Shown in pieces: positions 28,224 through 40,757 of a stretch of DNA of 64,000 bases; within the stretch, counting starts at the first letter, position 1, and every line of letters starts with the position of its first letter. This DNA is from Octopus vulgaris (lineage: Eukaryota), in NCBI GenBank assembly GCA_951406725.2, contig OX597816.1, positions 80,724,001-80,788,000 on the forward strand, given 5' to 3'. The notes under the pieces are model-generated. The model was not told the origin of the DNA. It did no database searches and was given only the letters and a program-made list of their open reading frames with translations. Made by a program: the position numbers and the translations under genes.

Positions 28224-28769
28224 CATTATCATCATTATTAAACATAGGCAACCTTTATCCCAACTGATAGTTTCAGAATATGTCAGTGAAGAAACGAATG
28301 AATCAGCGTTTGAAGCGATACTTAAAAGTTTTAACATGGATCTAAAGAGATTCAACTGACGAAAGTAAGTTATGACCTTTCAAAAGAGTCCTACATGTTA
28401 CCTTTTCATTGAAAGTGCGTGGATGGAAACTAATTAAAACGTAGGAAGATCAAAACACAGGTTAGAGGGAACAGCTTATTATGCCATCACTAATTTATTT
28501 GGTGAAGTAATAACAACGCAAGTGGTAAGTCACTTGAAAGTAAGCTGTAACTTAGTAAAAGTTTAATAGATTTCTATTGACACAACAGACATAGTAGTGT
28601 GAAAAGCATTTGCAGCTACAGAAAGCAGCAGCTGCGTAATCTTGTAGAGATTCAATCATTTCCATTGTTTTTATAACAGAAAATTATTCCATTTTCTCCT
28701 GTTACCAAGTAAACAGAATTCACAGACCTACAGTGTTATTAGAATAATATTAATCGCCAAGTACACAGA

Positions 28770-28770
28770 C

Positions 28771-28835
<65 letters not shown>

Positions 28836-28903
28836 CATACATATATATATATACATACATATATATATATACATACATATATATATATACATACATATAT
28901 ACA

Positions 28904-28953
<50 letters not shown>

Positions 28954-29040
28954 CATACATATATATATATATATATATCATCATCGTTTAACGTCCGCTT
29001 TCCATGCTAGCATGGGTTGTATATATATATATATATATAT
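28770..29040. repeat. (TA)n/(TACA)n tract containing a ~40-bp retroposon-tail-like fragment
   Basis: Visible repeat; tcatcatcgtttaacgtccgctttccatgctagcatgggtt embedded at ~28978-29019. Confidence 0.8.
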
Positions 29041-29043
29041 TGC

Positions 29044-29695
29044 TTTTAAATTTATCTCTATCGAGTTTATATAGAATTCGGAGCCAGCACTGCAAGTTAC
29101 GACGCTTAGCATACGTCTATACAGACAATGCGATCGAAAATAGAAAACATAGGTAATGGGTGTATCCTTAAATCCTTAAAAATGTTTTAGCCCGAAGGCT
29201 GCGGCCATGCTGGGGCACCACCGCTGTATATGCATGTTTTCAGAGTTATTGCTCTTTCATGAACACTACTTCCAACCCATCGACATCCCGCGAGCGTCTC
29301 TTCTTCTTCCCTTGAAATTGACCAACACAATATTGAGGTGTAAACATTTAAGATACTTGACAGCATATACTTATTGGAAAACGAAATAGTGTGTGATTGC
29401 TAGCAATTAATATGCAAGTACCAGTTGCCAGGAATTTGTTTAATATGCAAATTGATATATTCCATTGTATTACACCACTATACGTAGTGAGTGTTTATGC
29501 AGTGCGTTCGTGGATAGTTGATGGGTTAGATGATGTACTGAGGAAAGAACAATAACTCTTGAAATATACATGTACACTGACTACGTAGCTTTTCTATCGT
29601 CGATTGCATTGTTTATATAGGTGTATTCGTATACGAAACGTTGTAACTTGCAGTGCTGCTTCTTCTATAGAAAATATATAGCGATAAACTCAAAA
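29044..29695. mobile_element. MITE-like element with ~110-bp diverged terminal inverted repeats
   Basis: Left cagcactgcaagttacgacg...acaatgcgatcga pairs with right tcgattgcattgt...cgttgtaacttgcagtgctg; related element at 43432-43800. Confidence 0.75.
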
Positions 29696-29808
29696 GTGAG
29701 AATATCGCGTTGCTAACACATAAGTAAGACACAATAATGACTTTTAAACCTTTAATGTACCTGGTAGCATATTATGGTTGCAAAACCTAATACTGTTTCT
29801 TCTATGAA

Positions 29809-29888
<80 letters not shown>

Positions 29889-29890
<2 letters not shown>

Positions 29891-29989
29891 TGCAGGTGTG
29901 GCGATGGGGACAGATATGTTAGACGAAACCTGAAGGAAGCCCCTAGAATGCGTATGTGTGTGTATTTGCGTGTTGTTTTGTGGGGTGTC

Positions 29990-30024
<35 letters not shown>

Positions 30025-30177
30025 TCTACTGGTTGACAACCGATGTTTGTATATATATCCCCGTAACTTAGCGGTTCGGCACAGAACCCGATAGGTTATT
30101 ACTGAGGGCAATTCGTTGGACTAAATGTCTTCAAGACAGTGCCCCAGCATGGCCGAGTCCAATAACTGAAACAAACG

Positions 30178-30180
<3 letters not shown>
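29889..30180 (+). mobile_element. SINE family A with deleted head region
   Basis: ggtgcaggtgtggc start, ttgacaaccgatg...cccgtaacttagcggttcggca...ccagcatggcc...actgaaacaa. Confidence 0.8.
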
Positions 30181-30250
<70 letters not shown>

Positions 30251-30479
30251 CAGACAGGCAGACAGATATAAACAGTATGAATGGCTACTCAGATGCTTTC
30301 AGATTAACCACATCTTCCAACTGTTTTTTTAACGCAAAAATGTATTTAGAATGCTCATTCTGGATTATCTCCTAACGAGGTTAAGTTACTAATTGCTACG
30401 GTACATTCTTTGGCAGTGGAAAATCAAGAATTCTGAGGATTTAATTTCAATAGTTTAATGTGTTTAAAGATACATTATT

Positions 30480-32330
30480 ATTAAATATATTTTCAACAAA
30501 ATGTTCTGGGTGAGGTAAGCCAGGCCGATAAGCTCATTCATGTAGCCATATTTCAAGCAAAGGTGAAGATGCATTCATACAGTTTTGAGTTTCTCACTAT
30601 TAAGAAGTGATTAATGGTAGTTCGCTAGATTGCAATGTTATGGTAGGTACCAGTATATCCCCTACTTCAGATAGGGCCGTCCCGGATCGAAGGTTAGTTG
30701 GAACACATCTATCGAACAAGGAAGATTTCACTTCAGAACCTGGGTTTAGGTCCTCGATTACAGAAGACATACTTCGGTAAACCAAAGACAGAAAATAATG
30801 AGGTAAAGCAAGATATGAGAGTTTATGAAGAAATACCACAATAGAAAGTAAATGGACTACGAAAATATTCATTGACAATAATCAACAGATATTGTTTGGG
30901 GACGAACGTAATGGAACATAATAATTAATGCTTATGCATTAAATGTTTTAATACGTCTTCTGAGCTGATGTGCTTCTGAATGGGAGTATAGTGGCTTAAT
31001 TTTCAATAAATGTAACATCCTAGAAAAAAAACACTTATATTTAATGTCCTCCACCAAATAATGAAGATATTGGAGCCATATAAATAGGCCAAATTCATAA
31101 TTCCTGATGATACAGAAATTTGTGAAATTCTAATTTGGTCTTTATCGCTGCACTACAAATGACACGCTATAGACATTTTATGTAGGGGTTAAGACATTCA
31201 CCCTGAGTTCTGATCACTTTCTTCATTTTACTCTTAATTTTATGTTTTATATCAAACATATAAGCAACAGATTTCTGATTTACTAAAGTAAATCATTGGC
31301 CTAAGAAAGGAAATGGCGCTCCAATTTGACAGACGCGAATATAAGCTTCTCCCTCTACTGTGTGCAATGTTTTTTTTTTACTCGGCAGAATTTAGCAAAC
31401 GACCAAGAATGCTACAGGCCTAACATTTTGATTATGTATAATCCTCCATGGCTGCCTCAGAAATATGCGATTTGATGGTAAACGGCATACGCTCATCCAC
31501 TTTAATCTCAACAGAATCTGTAATAGCTACTTTCAAGTCATTGATTGACGTTGCAGCTTCCTCTGAGAGCGGAAACTAAGCATTGAATTGCGACCTTATT
31601 CTTCGAAACCACTGGGAATGATAACCGAACGTAATACGAAATAAAGGTTCTTTATTAAGTGGCGTTAAGCGTGAATGGTCAAGTAATTCCTTATGGCTAA
31701 GTTCGATGCGCCAGAATACAAATTGACTCAGTTGAAAGTGATATGAGATTTATGAGCAACTTTTTAAAATTGAGATACTGATGACATGTACGTTAGGGTG
31801 AGTATATTATTGTCAATGATTTCTTAGAGCATTCTGTTCACTTCTGATTGATTAAATTCGACATCAGAACTTATGCAATTTCGTTGTTGTATGTTTATAA
31901 TCTGGCAATAGATTAGAGAGTATTCTAGGCTGATCGATGTTTAACGAGGTTAGTGAGCAAAATTCTAAGCCTGGTAAGGGAGAGCGTTATCAGTTTATCT
32001 TTAACAAACAAGTATGAACATATTTGGTATTTGATTCCAATATTTAAACTTGTTTGCACATTGTTAATTGGTTTACAGGGTCTTGCTTATTGCAGATGTA
32101 ATTCCTCAAAAAACCTGTAAACTAATTGAAGAATAAGTAGAGGTATTTCAGATTCAAGCCAACTTTAAACCAACTGACAGCGCCAGCAGTTTAGGAAGTA
32201 TTTATAGCGGCAGAGCTGCAGAATCTTGTGACGATTTAACTATTTCTGTTGTTATCATAATAGCGTGAAATTATCACATTTATGTACATAGACACAACGT
32301 CTCAGACTTGCTAAAGGATGCGGCGGATAT
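30480..32330 (+). pseudogene. Possible very old Gypsy-type LTR pol remnant
   Basis: Microsatellite-free 2-kb block with weak motif echoes in pol order: NGLRKYSLTIINRY (~30850), YRHFM*G..TFTLSSDH (~31170-31220, RNase H-like), LHIVNWFT (~32055, integrase-like); fragmentary only. Confidence 0.3.
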
Positions 32331-33049
32331 AGCACTGTATGACGTCCATGCATTTCTGGAGGTTATCAACTGCGTAATTGAAATTAAATTGGTACAACTA
32401 TCGACACCAGGCAGCGAACAATATTTGCTTGGAGGCTACATTTAAAACTTATGCAGCTAGCATCAACTATCAAAAATATTGAATATTGGTTTTTTTTTTA
32501 CTTCTCGTTATCAGTCAGTAAAGTATTAGTAAGAATGTCAGACATGTATAGAGAAAGACATATACGTTAACTATAAAAATAAAAGCCGGTTGAATAAATG
32601 AATAATAGTGGTCTGTGTGTTTACTAAATGGAACATACGTCCTTATCAAACAGCAAAACTACGTTTCTTTATGTATTTATTTAATTATATTATTGACAGT
32701 CATTTTTTAAGTTCATTTTCTGTTCCATTTCGGTATGACTTCTTTGTTTTGTTATTTGAATATTTTATTAATCACATAGACAGTCAAATATCTTAGAACA
32801 TGTGTCAGAAACCAAGTACACAGTATCAATATTCTTATCGCTTGTCATTCTAATATGGTAGTGATGAATCTCACAATCTATTGGATTGTCGTGACACCAA
32901 TAAATACATTTTTATTATTGTATTGTATGGAGGCCGATTGAGCAGGACGGATCCCATCTCTCTCCAAGTTATGCATATATTGATGGACTGGTTTCCTAAT
33001 CATCTCACGTGCTAACAAAACACCCATCAATATTACTTCACTTTTTAAA

Positions 33050-33265
33050 TCGGTGAGCTTATCAATATCGTTGGCACGCCAGGCAAACTGCTTAGCGGCA
33101 CTTCGCCCATCATTACCTTCTAAGTTCAAATTCTGCCGAGGCCGACATTACTTTTCATCCTTTTGGAAGTTGATAAAGTACCAGTTGAATACTACGGTCG
33201 ATGAAAGTGACTTACACCCTCCCACGAACTTGCCGGCATTGTACCATAATTTGAAACCAATATTG
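33050..33265 (+). mobile_element. SINE family B
   Basis: tgcttagcggcacttcg...aagttcaaattctgccgagg...ttttcatcctttt...gataaagtaccagtt. Confidence 0.85.
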
Positions 33266-33759
33266 CAACACTTTGGCTGCTGGAGAGATATGTCTGCCTC
33301 CAGGGCTTTTTGACGTTTGCTGGTGCCTACTGACATCATATCTTGCTCATTGGTTAAGTAGTTAAGTATGAAGTTCCAGGTTCGATCCCACTGTGTGCCA
33401 TCTTAAACAAGTGTATTTATATTACTTTCGAATTGTTCCAGATCTTATGCGTAAATTTACGTAAACAGCAAGCAACGGCCTGAACCTTCTTCGGTTCAAC
33501 TGTACTTATAATTCAAAGATCCATATTATATCATGCTGATCTTGTTTATTAATTTTTTAAATGCATACGTGCCTGTAAAATATTCAACCACTTAGAGGTT
33601 AATTTCTAGTTTCGGGTGTTCACTTCATAGAACAATTGAATTCTTATCGTCGAAATCGACAGGAGATTCATTAGCGGAACGCTGCAACTGCTGAGTGCTA
33701 GGATACAATCCTTAACCCACTGACACCTTCTTTCTCCTTCTTCTCTCTTAATTCTCTCT

Positions 33760-33806
<47 letters not shown>

Positions 33807-34319
33807 TCTTTCTCCATTCAATGTCTGATTATCTTCAGAATTTCCTTCCATAAACTCAAATCTATCGGAACTTTGTTAATACAAGAGTGATTTCTTAACC
33901 ACGTGGATTTCAATGAAAGAAATGGTTACTGGACAACCGGCAAAAATATCAGACTGTTCCAATTGAGTTTTACTGCCTTCGTGCTCTCCAATGCACCGTT
34001 TAACAAATGTTTGTCCAGATATGTAGTAGATAAGTCATACTACATTTCCAGTGTGTCCAAGAACAGAGATCTGGAAAACACCATTCAGTGGGTAGATTGT
34101 AGTATGCTTTAAACAACACAATGAGACAATCTCTCCTACACTTTTACATGCTAAAAATATGGAGTTTTTCTTCTTTTTTAAATTACGACAAAAATATATT
34201 CGAACTCAAATACATTTGATCAATGTCCGTTAGGAATTATAAGGCATTTGCTGTAATAATTGTCCTCGCTGTTGTTGTTGTTATATTTATTATAATTAAA
34301 CTGCTAAGGTCTATACTGC

Positions 34320-34640
34320 TTATCGTTTTTCGGGGTATATAAAATAAGTACTACTTGACCAATGAGGTCAGTGTAATCGTCTATCTCTTTGTCCTAAAAT
34401 TGTTGGCCTAGTGCCAAAATTTGGAGCCGCTATTATTAAAGCTGTGAGCTGTCACAATCGTTAGCACAAAATACGTAACAGTATTTCTTCTGGCTTTTTA
34501 CGGTGTGAGTTCCAATCCTATTTTGATTTCACCCTTTCGGAGTCGATAAAATAAGTACCAGTCAAGTACTGGGCGATGAAATCGTATATCCCTCTCCCTC
34601 AAAATTTCAGTCCTTGTGCCTTTTATAAAACGGATTGTTA
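34320..34640 (+). mobile_element. Two tandem diverged SINE B copies
   Basis: ttttcggggtatataaaataagtac (~34330) and gagctgtcacaatcgttagcac...ctttcggagtcgataaaataagtaccagt...ccttgtgcc (34440-34640). Confidence 0.75.
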
Positions 34641-34789
34641 TTATCATTGTTGCTGTTATTGTCATTGTTGTTATGTTATGGTTAGTCACATGTCAGCCCT
34701 CATAGGGAAAATCTAGCAACTTAGTCGAGTAACTGCATAGAGGTCACCACGCTGTTGTTGCTCTTGTTTTATAACACGTTGATCCAACA

Positions 34790-34975
34790 TCACCTGGAAC
34801 AACTCACAACACCAGTATTCCAGTTGTGACCGGCTCGTCGTTTATGCTATTTTGCAGACACAGATTAATCAAGGATTACATTATTCAATGAGTATGAGCA
34901 TTTCAAAGAAGATAGGGTTGCAATTTGAGGGATAGTTCAAAGCTTTATCTAGCAGAAAATGCGACCCCGTTGAGT
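34790..34975. repeat. Old dispersed repeat (family C); similar stretches at ~22590-22720, 24860-24960, 45930-45990, 47480-47650, 62690-62830, 63545-63645
   Basis: Shared degenerate motif aagatagggtgtg..tt.agggaga.ttgg.tgcta.ttctagca, or its reverse complement. Confidence 0.5.
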
Positions 34976-35148
34976 ATCTTTTGTCAGCTCGTAGAATTAT
35001 CAGTAATCTATGTAAGTGGTATGTGTTTACGCATAGTAAAATATTTATCGGGTATTATAAAATATCACATTTTATTGTAATTATAATAAAAACAAATTTA
35101 CATGCAGACATTATTTTCCATATGAGGTATACATATACTCATTCTTGC

Positions 35149-35180
<32 letters not shown>

Positions 35181-35216
35181 GTAAACACGCTTATATACAT
35201 ATATATTTATGTATGA

Positions 35217-35253
<37 letters not shown>

Positions 35254-35835
35254 GTGTGTGTGTATGTGTGTGTGTGTGTAGGTAGGTGTACATATGCATT
35301 TTAAAAACTTTTTTATTCTTTTCATTTTCAAATCCATTAAATTGGAAAAGGAATTACTTTTTTTAGTATAAACCATTATCGCACGAATTTACCAAATAAA
35401 TGCTATGTGGTTAAGAATATGTTTATTTGTGTCTATCGACAGATGCATAGATATATTTGGGTCTTTTTTGAGGCGTTTTTTTTTTTTGTGTATTTCCATA
35501 AAAATGTAAGAATGGTTATATGTATATTTGTGAGCATAGATGGAAAGATTGATGGATAGATAGACAGATTGATACATCGGTTGGTAGACAGACTGACAAC
35601 CAGATTGACACATCGATTAGTTGGTTGGTTGGTTGGTTGGTTGATAGGTATGTAGATAGATAGATAGATAGAGAGAGGGGATATTTGTACGAGTTTATGT
35701 TAAATCAAGATTAATGCATTAAGTAATTTTAAGAATAACAAGAAAATATATATATTGTTCTATATTTAAGAGACGAGGAATTGTGTACACATTTTTTACA
35801 TTTGACGGATATTTGTCCTCATCTTGTTTGATGTT

Positions 35836-35874
35836 AACACAACGTTTCGGCTGATATACCCTTCATCAGGTGTC
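35836..35874 (-). ncRNA. Minimal type I hammerhead ribozyme motif, stem II damaged
   Basis: gacac-CTGATGA-agggtatatcagcc-GAAA-cg-TT-gtgtt: stem I gacac/gtgtt, palindromic stem III aacgtt, only ~2 bp (gg/cc) left in stem II. Confidence 0.65.
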
Positions 35875-35950
35875 TTGGGGAAATTTCGAACCTAGGTTCT
35901 CATTCGTAAGCTATTTTTCGATATTATTATTATTATTATTATTATTATTC

Positions 35951-36026
35951 AAGTCACTGCCTGGAATCGAACTCGGAATTTTGAGGTTAGTAGCCGACGC
36001 TCTTAAAACCACTACGCCATATACCC
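35951..36026 (-). promoter_or_regulatory. tRNA-like segment with Pol III A and B boxes inside the PLE 3' region
   Basis: tggcgtagtgg (A box, 36019-36009) and gagttcgattcc (B box, 35974-35963) at tRNA spacing, followed by (AAT)n. Confidence 0.7.
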
Positions 36027-36337
36027 ATGGGCAATTATGGAGTGAATTTTAAGGCTTATAAAACTAATATTCATCTATCCTTCCTTAATACCGGTTCCCA
36101 TATGTTATTCATATCTACACTCAGTCTGCTTAGGAGGTTGTTGTGTCCTAGCATATGTGTGCTTCTTTTAGTTTTCATATTTTCCTGTGTTCTCTGTCTA
36201 TTATTTTAACATCATCCCACAGGGAGCGGTGGACTCCATTTTTCCATATATGATCAACTATACCCGATTTATCAATATCTCCTCGTGTCATAGCTTTGCG
36301 ATGTTCCTCTACTCTTACTTTTAGGATGTCTGAGAGT

Positions 36338-36375
<38 letters not shown>

Positions 36376-36473
36376 CACATATACATACATACATACATAC
36401 ATACATACATACATACATACATACATACATACATACATACATACATGCATGCATACACATATAGATAGATAGT

Positions 36474-36547
<74 letters not shown>
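36338..36547. repeat. (TAGA)n/(TACA)n/(TAGA)n compound microsatellite
   Basis: Directly visible. Confidence 0.95.
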
Positions 36548-37041
36548 TTACTGGTAGCGATCACAACACCGGTATATCGGAATGGAAACTACATCCGCTA
36601 ATCTCATCGAAACAACTACATCGTGGCATTATGGGTATTACTTAATAATAATAATACCACGATGTCTAACTTTGAGATTCTAAACAAAAGACAAGCTGCC
36701 GGTCGGAGAGCAAACTGAAACTAAGCATATTTCTATAGGAAACAGATTAACATACTCCGTGCAGCAAAATCGGGCAATGCCGGATTTTCCATTGCCAACA
36801 ACTGAACTGTCACACAAACTCGGATATTATAAATAGCATGCAACATCACAATGGCGCATAAAGAAAAAGTTATGAGACCCATTGAAACGTAACATTTGGG
36901 CTCAGCCACCGTGCAGAATGGAAACGGGAAACTCAGCGTAGCGAGAAAGGGAAACCTGAATTTCGAATAAATGAATACGTGTGTCGATAAATATGCGTGT
37001 GCGCGTCTGTATCCGTATGTTTGTGATTGTGTGTGTGTGTA

Positions 37042-37134
<93 letters not shown>

Positions 37135-37734
37135 TGTATATATATTTATAATGTATGTGTATGTATGTATATGTATATAATGTACGTATACTTTTAAATA
37201 TACTTTTATATTTTGCTTATTTACACATTCCCAAATAACGATGATGCGTTCGAGCTTGCGTGTTGTATGTGCCTATGTGTGTGTATGTGCATGTGTGCGA
37301 GTGAGTGTGCATCTGTGTGCGTGTATGTGAATTAGTGTGTTAGTATGTATATATATATATCTTAGCATTACACTGTAAACACAGTTCCTTTTCTATTCGT
37401 TCTTTTAATTTGCATGTCTTGGAGAAGAATTAAATGAAATCATTGCAAAGAGTTAGGCAAAAAGAATAAATGAGAAAGTATACCTATTATAATAGTATAT
37501 TTTTATGTATATTTATATTTGAATAGCCTCGTGTGCGAGTAAGTGAGTGTGCGTACGCGCGCAAGCGTTTACATGTGTTTGTACGTGGTGTTGTGTGTCA
37601 CAGGGATGGGCGACGTATCATAGAGTACATTACTATTTTAAGGCACAAAACAAATAATAAGATACAATTATGGGGCAAGAATGGTGCATTCATATATGTG
37701 TGTGTGTGTGTGTGTTGCAGGCGTGTTTGTGTGT

Positions 37735-37802
<68 letters not shown>

Positions 37803-37803
<1 letters not shown>

Positions 37804-38406
37804 GCAGGCGTGTCTGTGTGGTAAGAAACTTGCTATCCAACCACATAGTTCTGTGTTCAGTCCTACTGCATGAAACCTTGGGTAAGTGTCTTGTACTATG
37901 GCCTCGGCCGACCAAAGTCTTGTGAGTGGATTTGGTAGAAGGAAAATGGCAGAAGATAGTCGTGTTCTCCTTGTCCTGTCTCTCACTGTTATATATTTAT
38001 TTTTCCACTGTTTATATATATTTTTTTACTGTTTATTTGTTTGTACTGTCGTTACCGTCTTGCTTTTTTTTTTACCATTTTTTACCCCTCTGCGAAAAGA
38101 TCTCAGAATTTTAATTGATTTGCTTTTCGCAGGAAGGAAGTTTCTTCGAAGATACGTCTCGCTTTTATCCTTCGAAACGTAGAGTAGATGAAACCTTAGC
38201 GACTGAAGAAGGGGATTTTTCGTTGTGCTAATTGTCTTGTATCCCTTTTTTTGCTTGTCCTGTTCCTTGGTTTGTGTCTATGTTTTTCGTCTCTCTATGT
38301 GTTCGACGTCTTTTTGGTGTCCTGTACACATATATGCGTGTATATGTACATGTAGAGGTAGGTACGTACATATATGTTTATATATACGCATATGTTCTAT
38401 TTTATT

Positions 38407-38455
<49 letters not shown>

Positions 38456-38842
38456 AATCCCTAAAAGAACGAAGAACAAACACAACAAAAAAATACAAGG
38501 CAAGGACGTGGTACATGCAAAGTATTAGCAGATGTTCAGGGAAGGAAAAGAAGGTTGGTTTAACGTTCCGAGCAAATCTCTTCACCAGAAACAGGAGACG
38601 GAGGAAAGTCCAAGAGACGTACGTATATATATATATATATATGTATGTATATACACGTATTTGTTCCCCCACAACCGATTTTGGTGTATTTACGTTCCTG
38701 TATTAGCGGTTCAGCAAAGAGATCGATAGAATAAATACTAGGCTTATAAAGAATAAGTCCTGGGGTCGATTTGTTTGACGAAAGGTGGCGCTCCAGCGTA
38801 GTAGCTGTCAAATGAATGAAACAAGTAAAAGAATAAAAGAAT
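37803..38842 (+). mobile_element. SINE family A split by a ~660-bp insertion at its internal microsatellite
   Basis: Head 37803-37955 (gcaggcgtgtctgtgtggtaag...gtgagtggatttggtaga); tail 38655-38842 (acaaccga...agcggttcagcaaagaga...gaaacaagtaaaagaataaaaga). Confidence 0.85.
38455..38615 (-). mobile_element. Probable PLE 3' fragment with decayed hammerhead, in (TA)n
   Basis: Minus strand gttt-ctggtga-agagatttgctc-ggaa-cgtta-aac; downstream ccctgaac..ctaatac..taccac parallels 10320-10480. Confidence 0.45.
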
Positions 38843-38992
38843 GTATATATATATATATATATTTATGTGTGAATCTGCGCGTAGTCGGATGCCTGTGGTT
38901 TTGCATGCCAATGGGTACGTGCGTAAGTGAAAGATGATACACTAAGAAGTGGGCACTAAGAAAGGTAAATATGAATCTAATTGATTGTTGCG

Positions 38993-39032
<40 letters not shown>

Positions 39033-39979
39033 GTACATTCGTGTGTGTCCGTACATCTGTATAAATACATACTTTTTTATAAGGACATGTTTTATAAGGA
39101 CATGTTTTTTTTTTTTGACATGTTTGCAATGAGAGCGTGCTAAAACAATAAAGAGGCAATATTACATTAATGAGGATAGTGAATACTAATGCGTGTGTGT
39201 ATGTGTGTGTGTGTCTGTAGGTGTGTGTGTGTGAGAGAGAGAAACAGATAGGCAGACAGATTGCTATTTCAGTAAGTTTATCGACAATAAATCATTATGA
39301 TGAACAAATACGCCCAAAAGTAGTATATACAACGTTCATTCGTTAGCAACTAACGTCGCCCGCTGAGCTAATTAAGCGTAGTAAAATAGAAATACTCAGA
39401 AATCATGTTCAGTTGTGAAAAGTTTAGCTGTAGAATAGTACCGTTTACAATGAAAACAGCAGGTTTTTAGTTATCATCTTAGTGATGACATTTAAGATTA
39501 CGAAGCCCGATAATTGTCATTAGAAAGGTTCACTGCTCGAGTTGACAGGCTTTTTTCAATTCCTCCAGGGTGGGGAATGTTTTCAAGGACCGATATAGAT
39601 TTACATAGCATTTTAAATGATATTCTCTTTTGTATATTACATGCTTGTATTTCCATCACATAAATACATTATTATTATTATTATTAATAGGTTGATTGCT
39701 CGACCTGTTAGATATCTGACTGTTAGTTTTCTCGATGAGAAATGACCTGAGACTAAACAACACCTATCTACATATGCAAAAATCCAAATAACTAATTTGA
39801 GACGAATTATATGTACAGAGTCATAGTGTAATATTTTCCACGCGTGAATATTTACCGTTAATAAAATCCTTTAAATGAGAGTTTTCCTGATAACTGTTTC
39901 TTTAAGTTTACTGTTCGTGCAGTAAGCTACGAAATTTTTGCATTCTCTCGATTTCCTGTAATTCAGACGGCATTATGAT

Positions 39980-40200
39980 CTCAGCTGACATAATGAAAAA
40001 GGTGTTAACCCGGAAGATGGCGAGGGAGATGCACTGGAACAGTCACTTTGATTATTGGGGCTCACATTTGGGTATAGCCATCTCCGATCCGATAACGGTG
40101 AGCAGGGATATGGTCCGGTGGCCGAGAACGCCGAAAGTCTCTATTGCCACAGGATCGACCATAAACCTGTCAGTGAGCGACCGTTGTTTTAACAAGCATT
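39980..40200 (-). pseudogene. CRE-like non-LTR retrotransposon RLE C-terminus remnant
   Basis: KQRSLTDRFMVDPVAIETFGVLGHRTISLLTVIG..EPQ*SK*LFQCISLAIFRVN matches the P.AIET.G..G...LFQRIS.A..RGN signature of CRE-clade ends; two stops; 5' side abuts (TG)n. Confidence 0.75.
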
Positions 40201-40317
40201 CGAGCACGCACACGCAAACACACACACACATACACACACGTTAATAGTTCATCTTTAATAACTAATCTTTTGTCAAACTTGATACATCACACATTGGGTG
40301 TATCGTTAGTGCATGAA

Positions 40318-40757
40318 TATACGTTTTCATCATAGAAATCTATGGATGGATTAGCGATTTGCTAACATCTATAGATAAAATTAAAACAGACAGCAGTTTA
40401 TAATGTTTTACCAATAAGGAAAACTGTCCGAAATCTGCCGAATTAGAGACAGTCCTTACTGATGAGGCAACGAAATTGCCGAAACTGACGTCGATATAAG
40501 GAATTTTCGAACGATGTTTTCGGACGATTATAATCTCTGTCTAGATATGTATACAATTATATGCTTTGAATACAGCATTAGAGCATTTTAGCTCTCATTT
40601 CTAGCAATGCAGGTGTTTCTTACTACATAGTTACTGTTAGTGATAATTATAGCTTTTCCTTTTTGCTAAAACATAGCAAACTGCTGTCTATTTACATTTT
40701 CTGTATACACATTAATGATCAGCTAAATCGACCATAGATTTTTATGATGAAAACATA
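40318..40757. repeat. Inverted repeat with ~105-bp arms (40318-40425 / 40651-40757) enclosing a hammerhead
   Basis: gttttcatcatagaaatctatgg vs ccatagatttttatgatgaaaac; agacagcagttt vs aaactgctgtct; aaggaaaa vs ttttcctt. Confidence 0.85.
40453..40502 (+). ncRNA. Type I hammerhead ribozyme motif
   Basis: Stem I tcctta(40453-58)/taagga(40497-502), CTGATGA (40459-65), stem II ggcaa/ttgcc with 5-nt loop, GAAA (40481-84); stem III actgacgtcgat is one ag>ga swap away from the palindrome actgacgtcagt. Confidence 0.8.

Larger units (their letters stand above)
35760..36335 (-). mobile_element. Penelope-like element 3' end: GIY-YIG C-terminal remnant plus pseudo-LTR
   Basis: 36324-36071 translates to LKVRVEEHRKAMTRGDIDKSGIVDHIWKNGVH..WDDVKIIDRE..*KLKEA/HMLGHNNLLSR.SVDMNNIWEPVL, the R..EH / S.IADH / W..VKI / LKEA pattern of PLE GIY-YIG endonucleases; followed by a hammerhead. 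Confidence 0.85.

Noticed and set aside
35951-36026. Functional tRNA gene (also SINE heads at 20385 and 49492)
   Set aside because: A/B boxes present but acceptor stem does not pair properly; embedded in repeats
40448-40488. Alternative type III hammerhead fold using cagtc (40450-54) as cleavage side
   Set aside because: Only 4 nt lie between GUC and CUGAUGA, too few to form stem I
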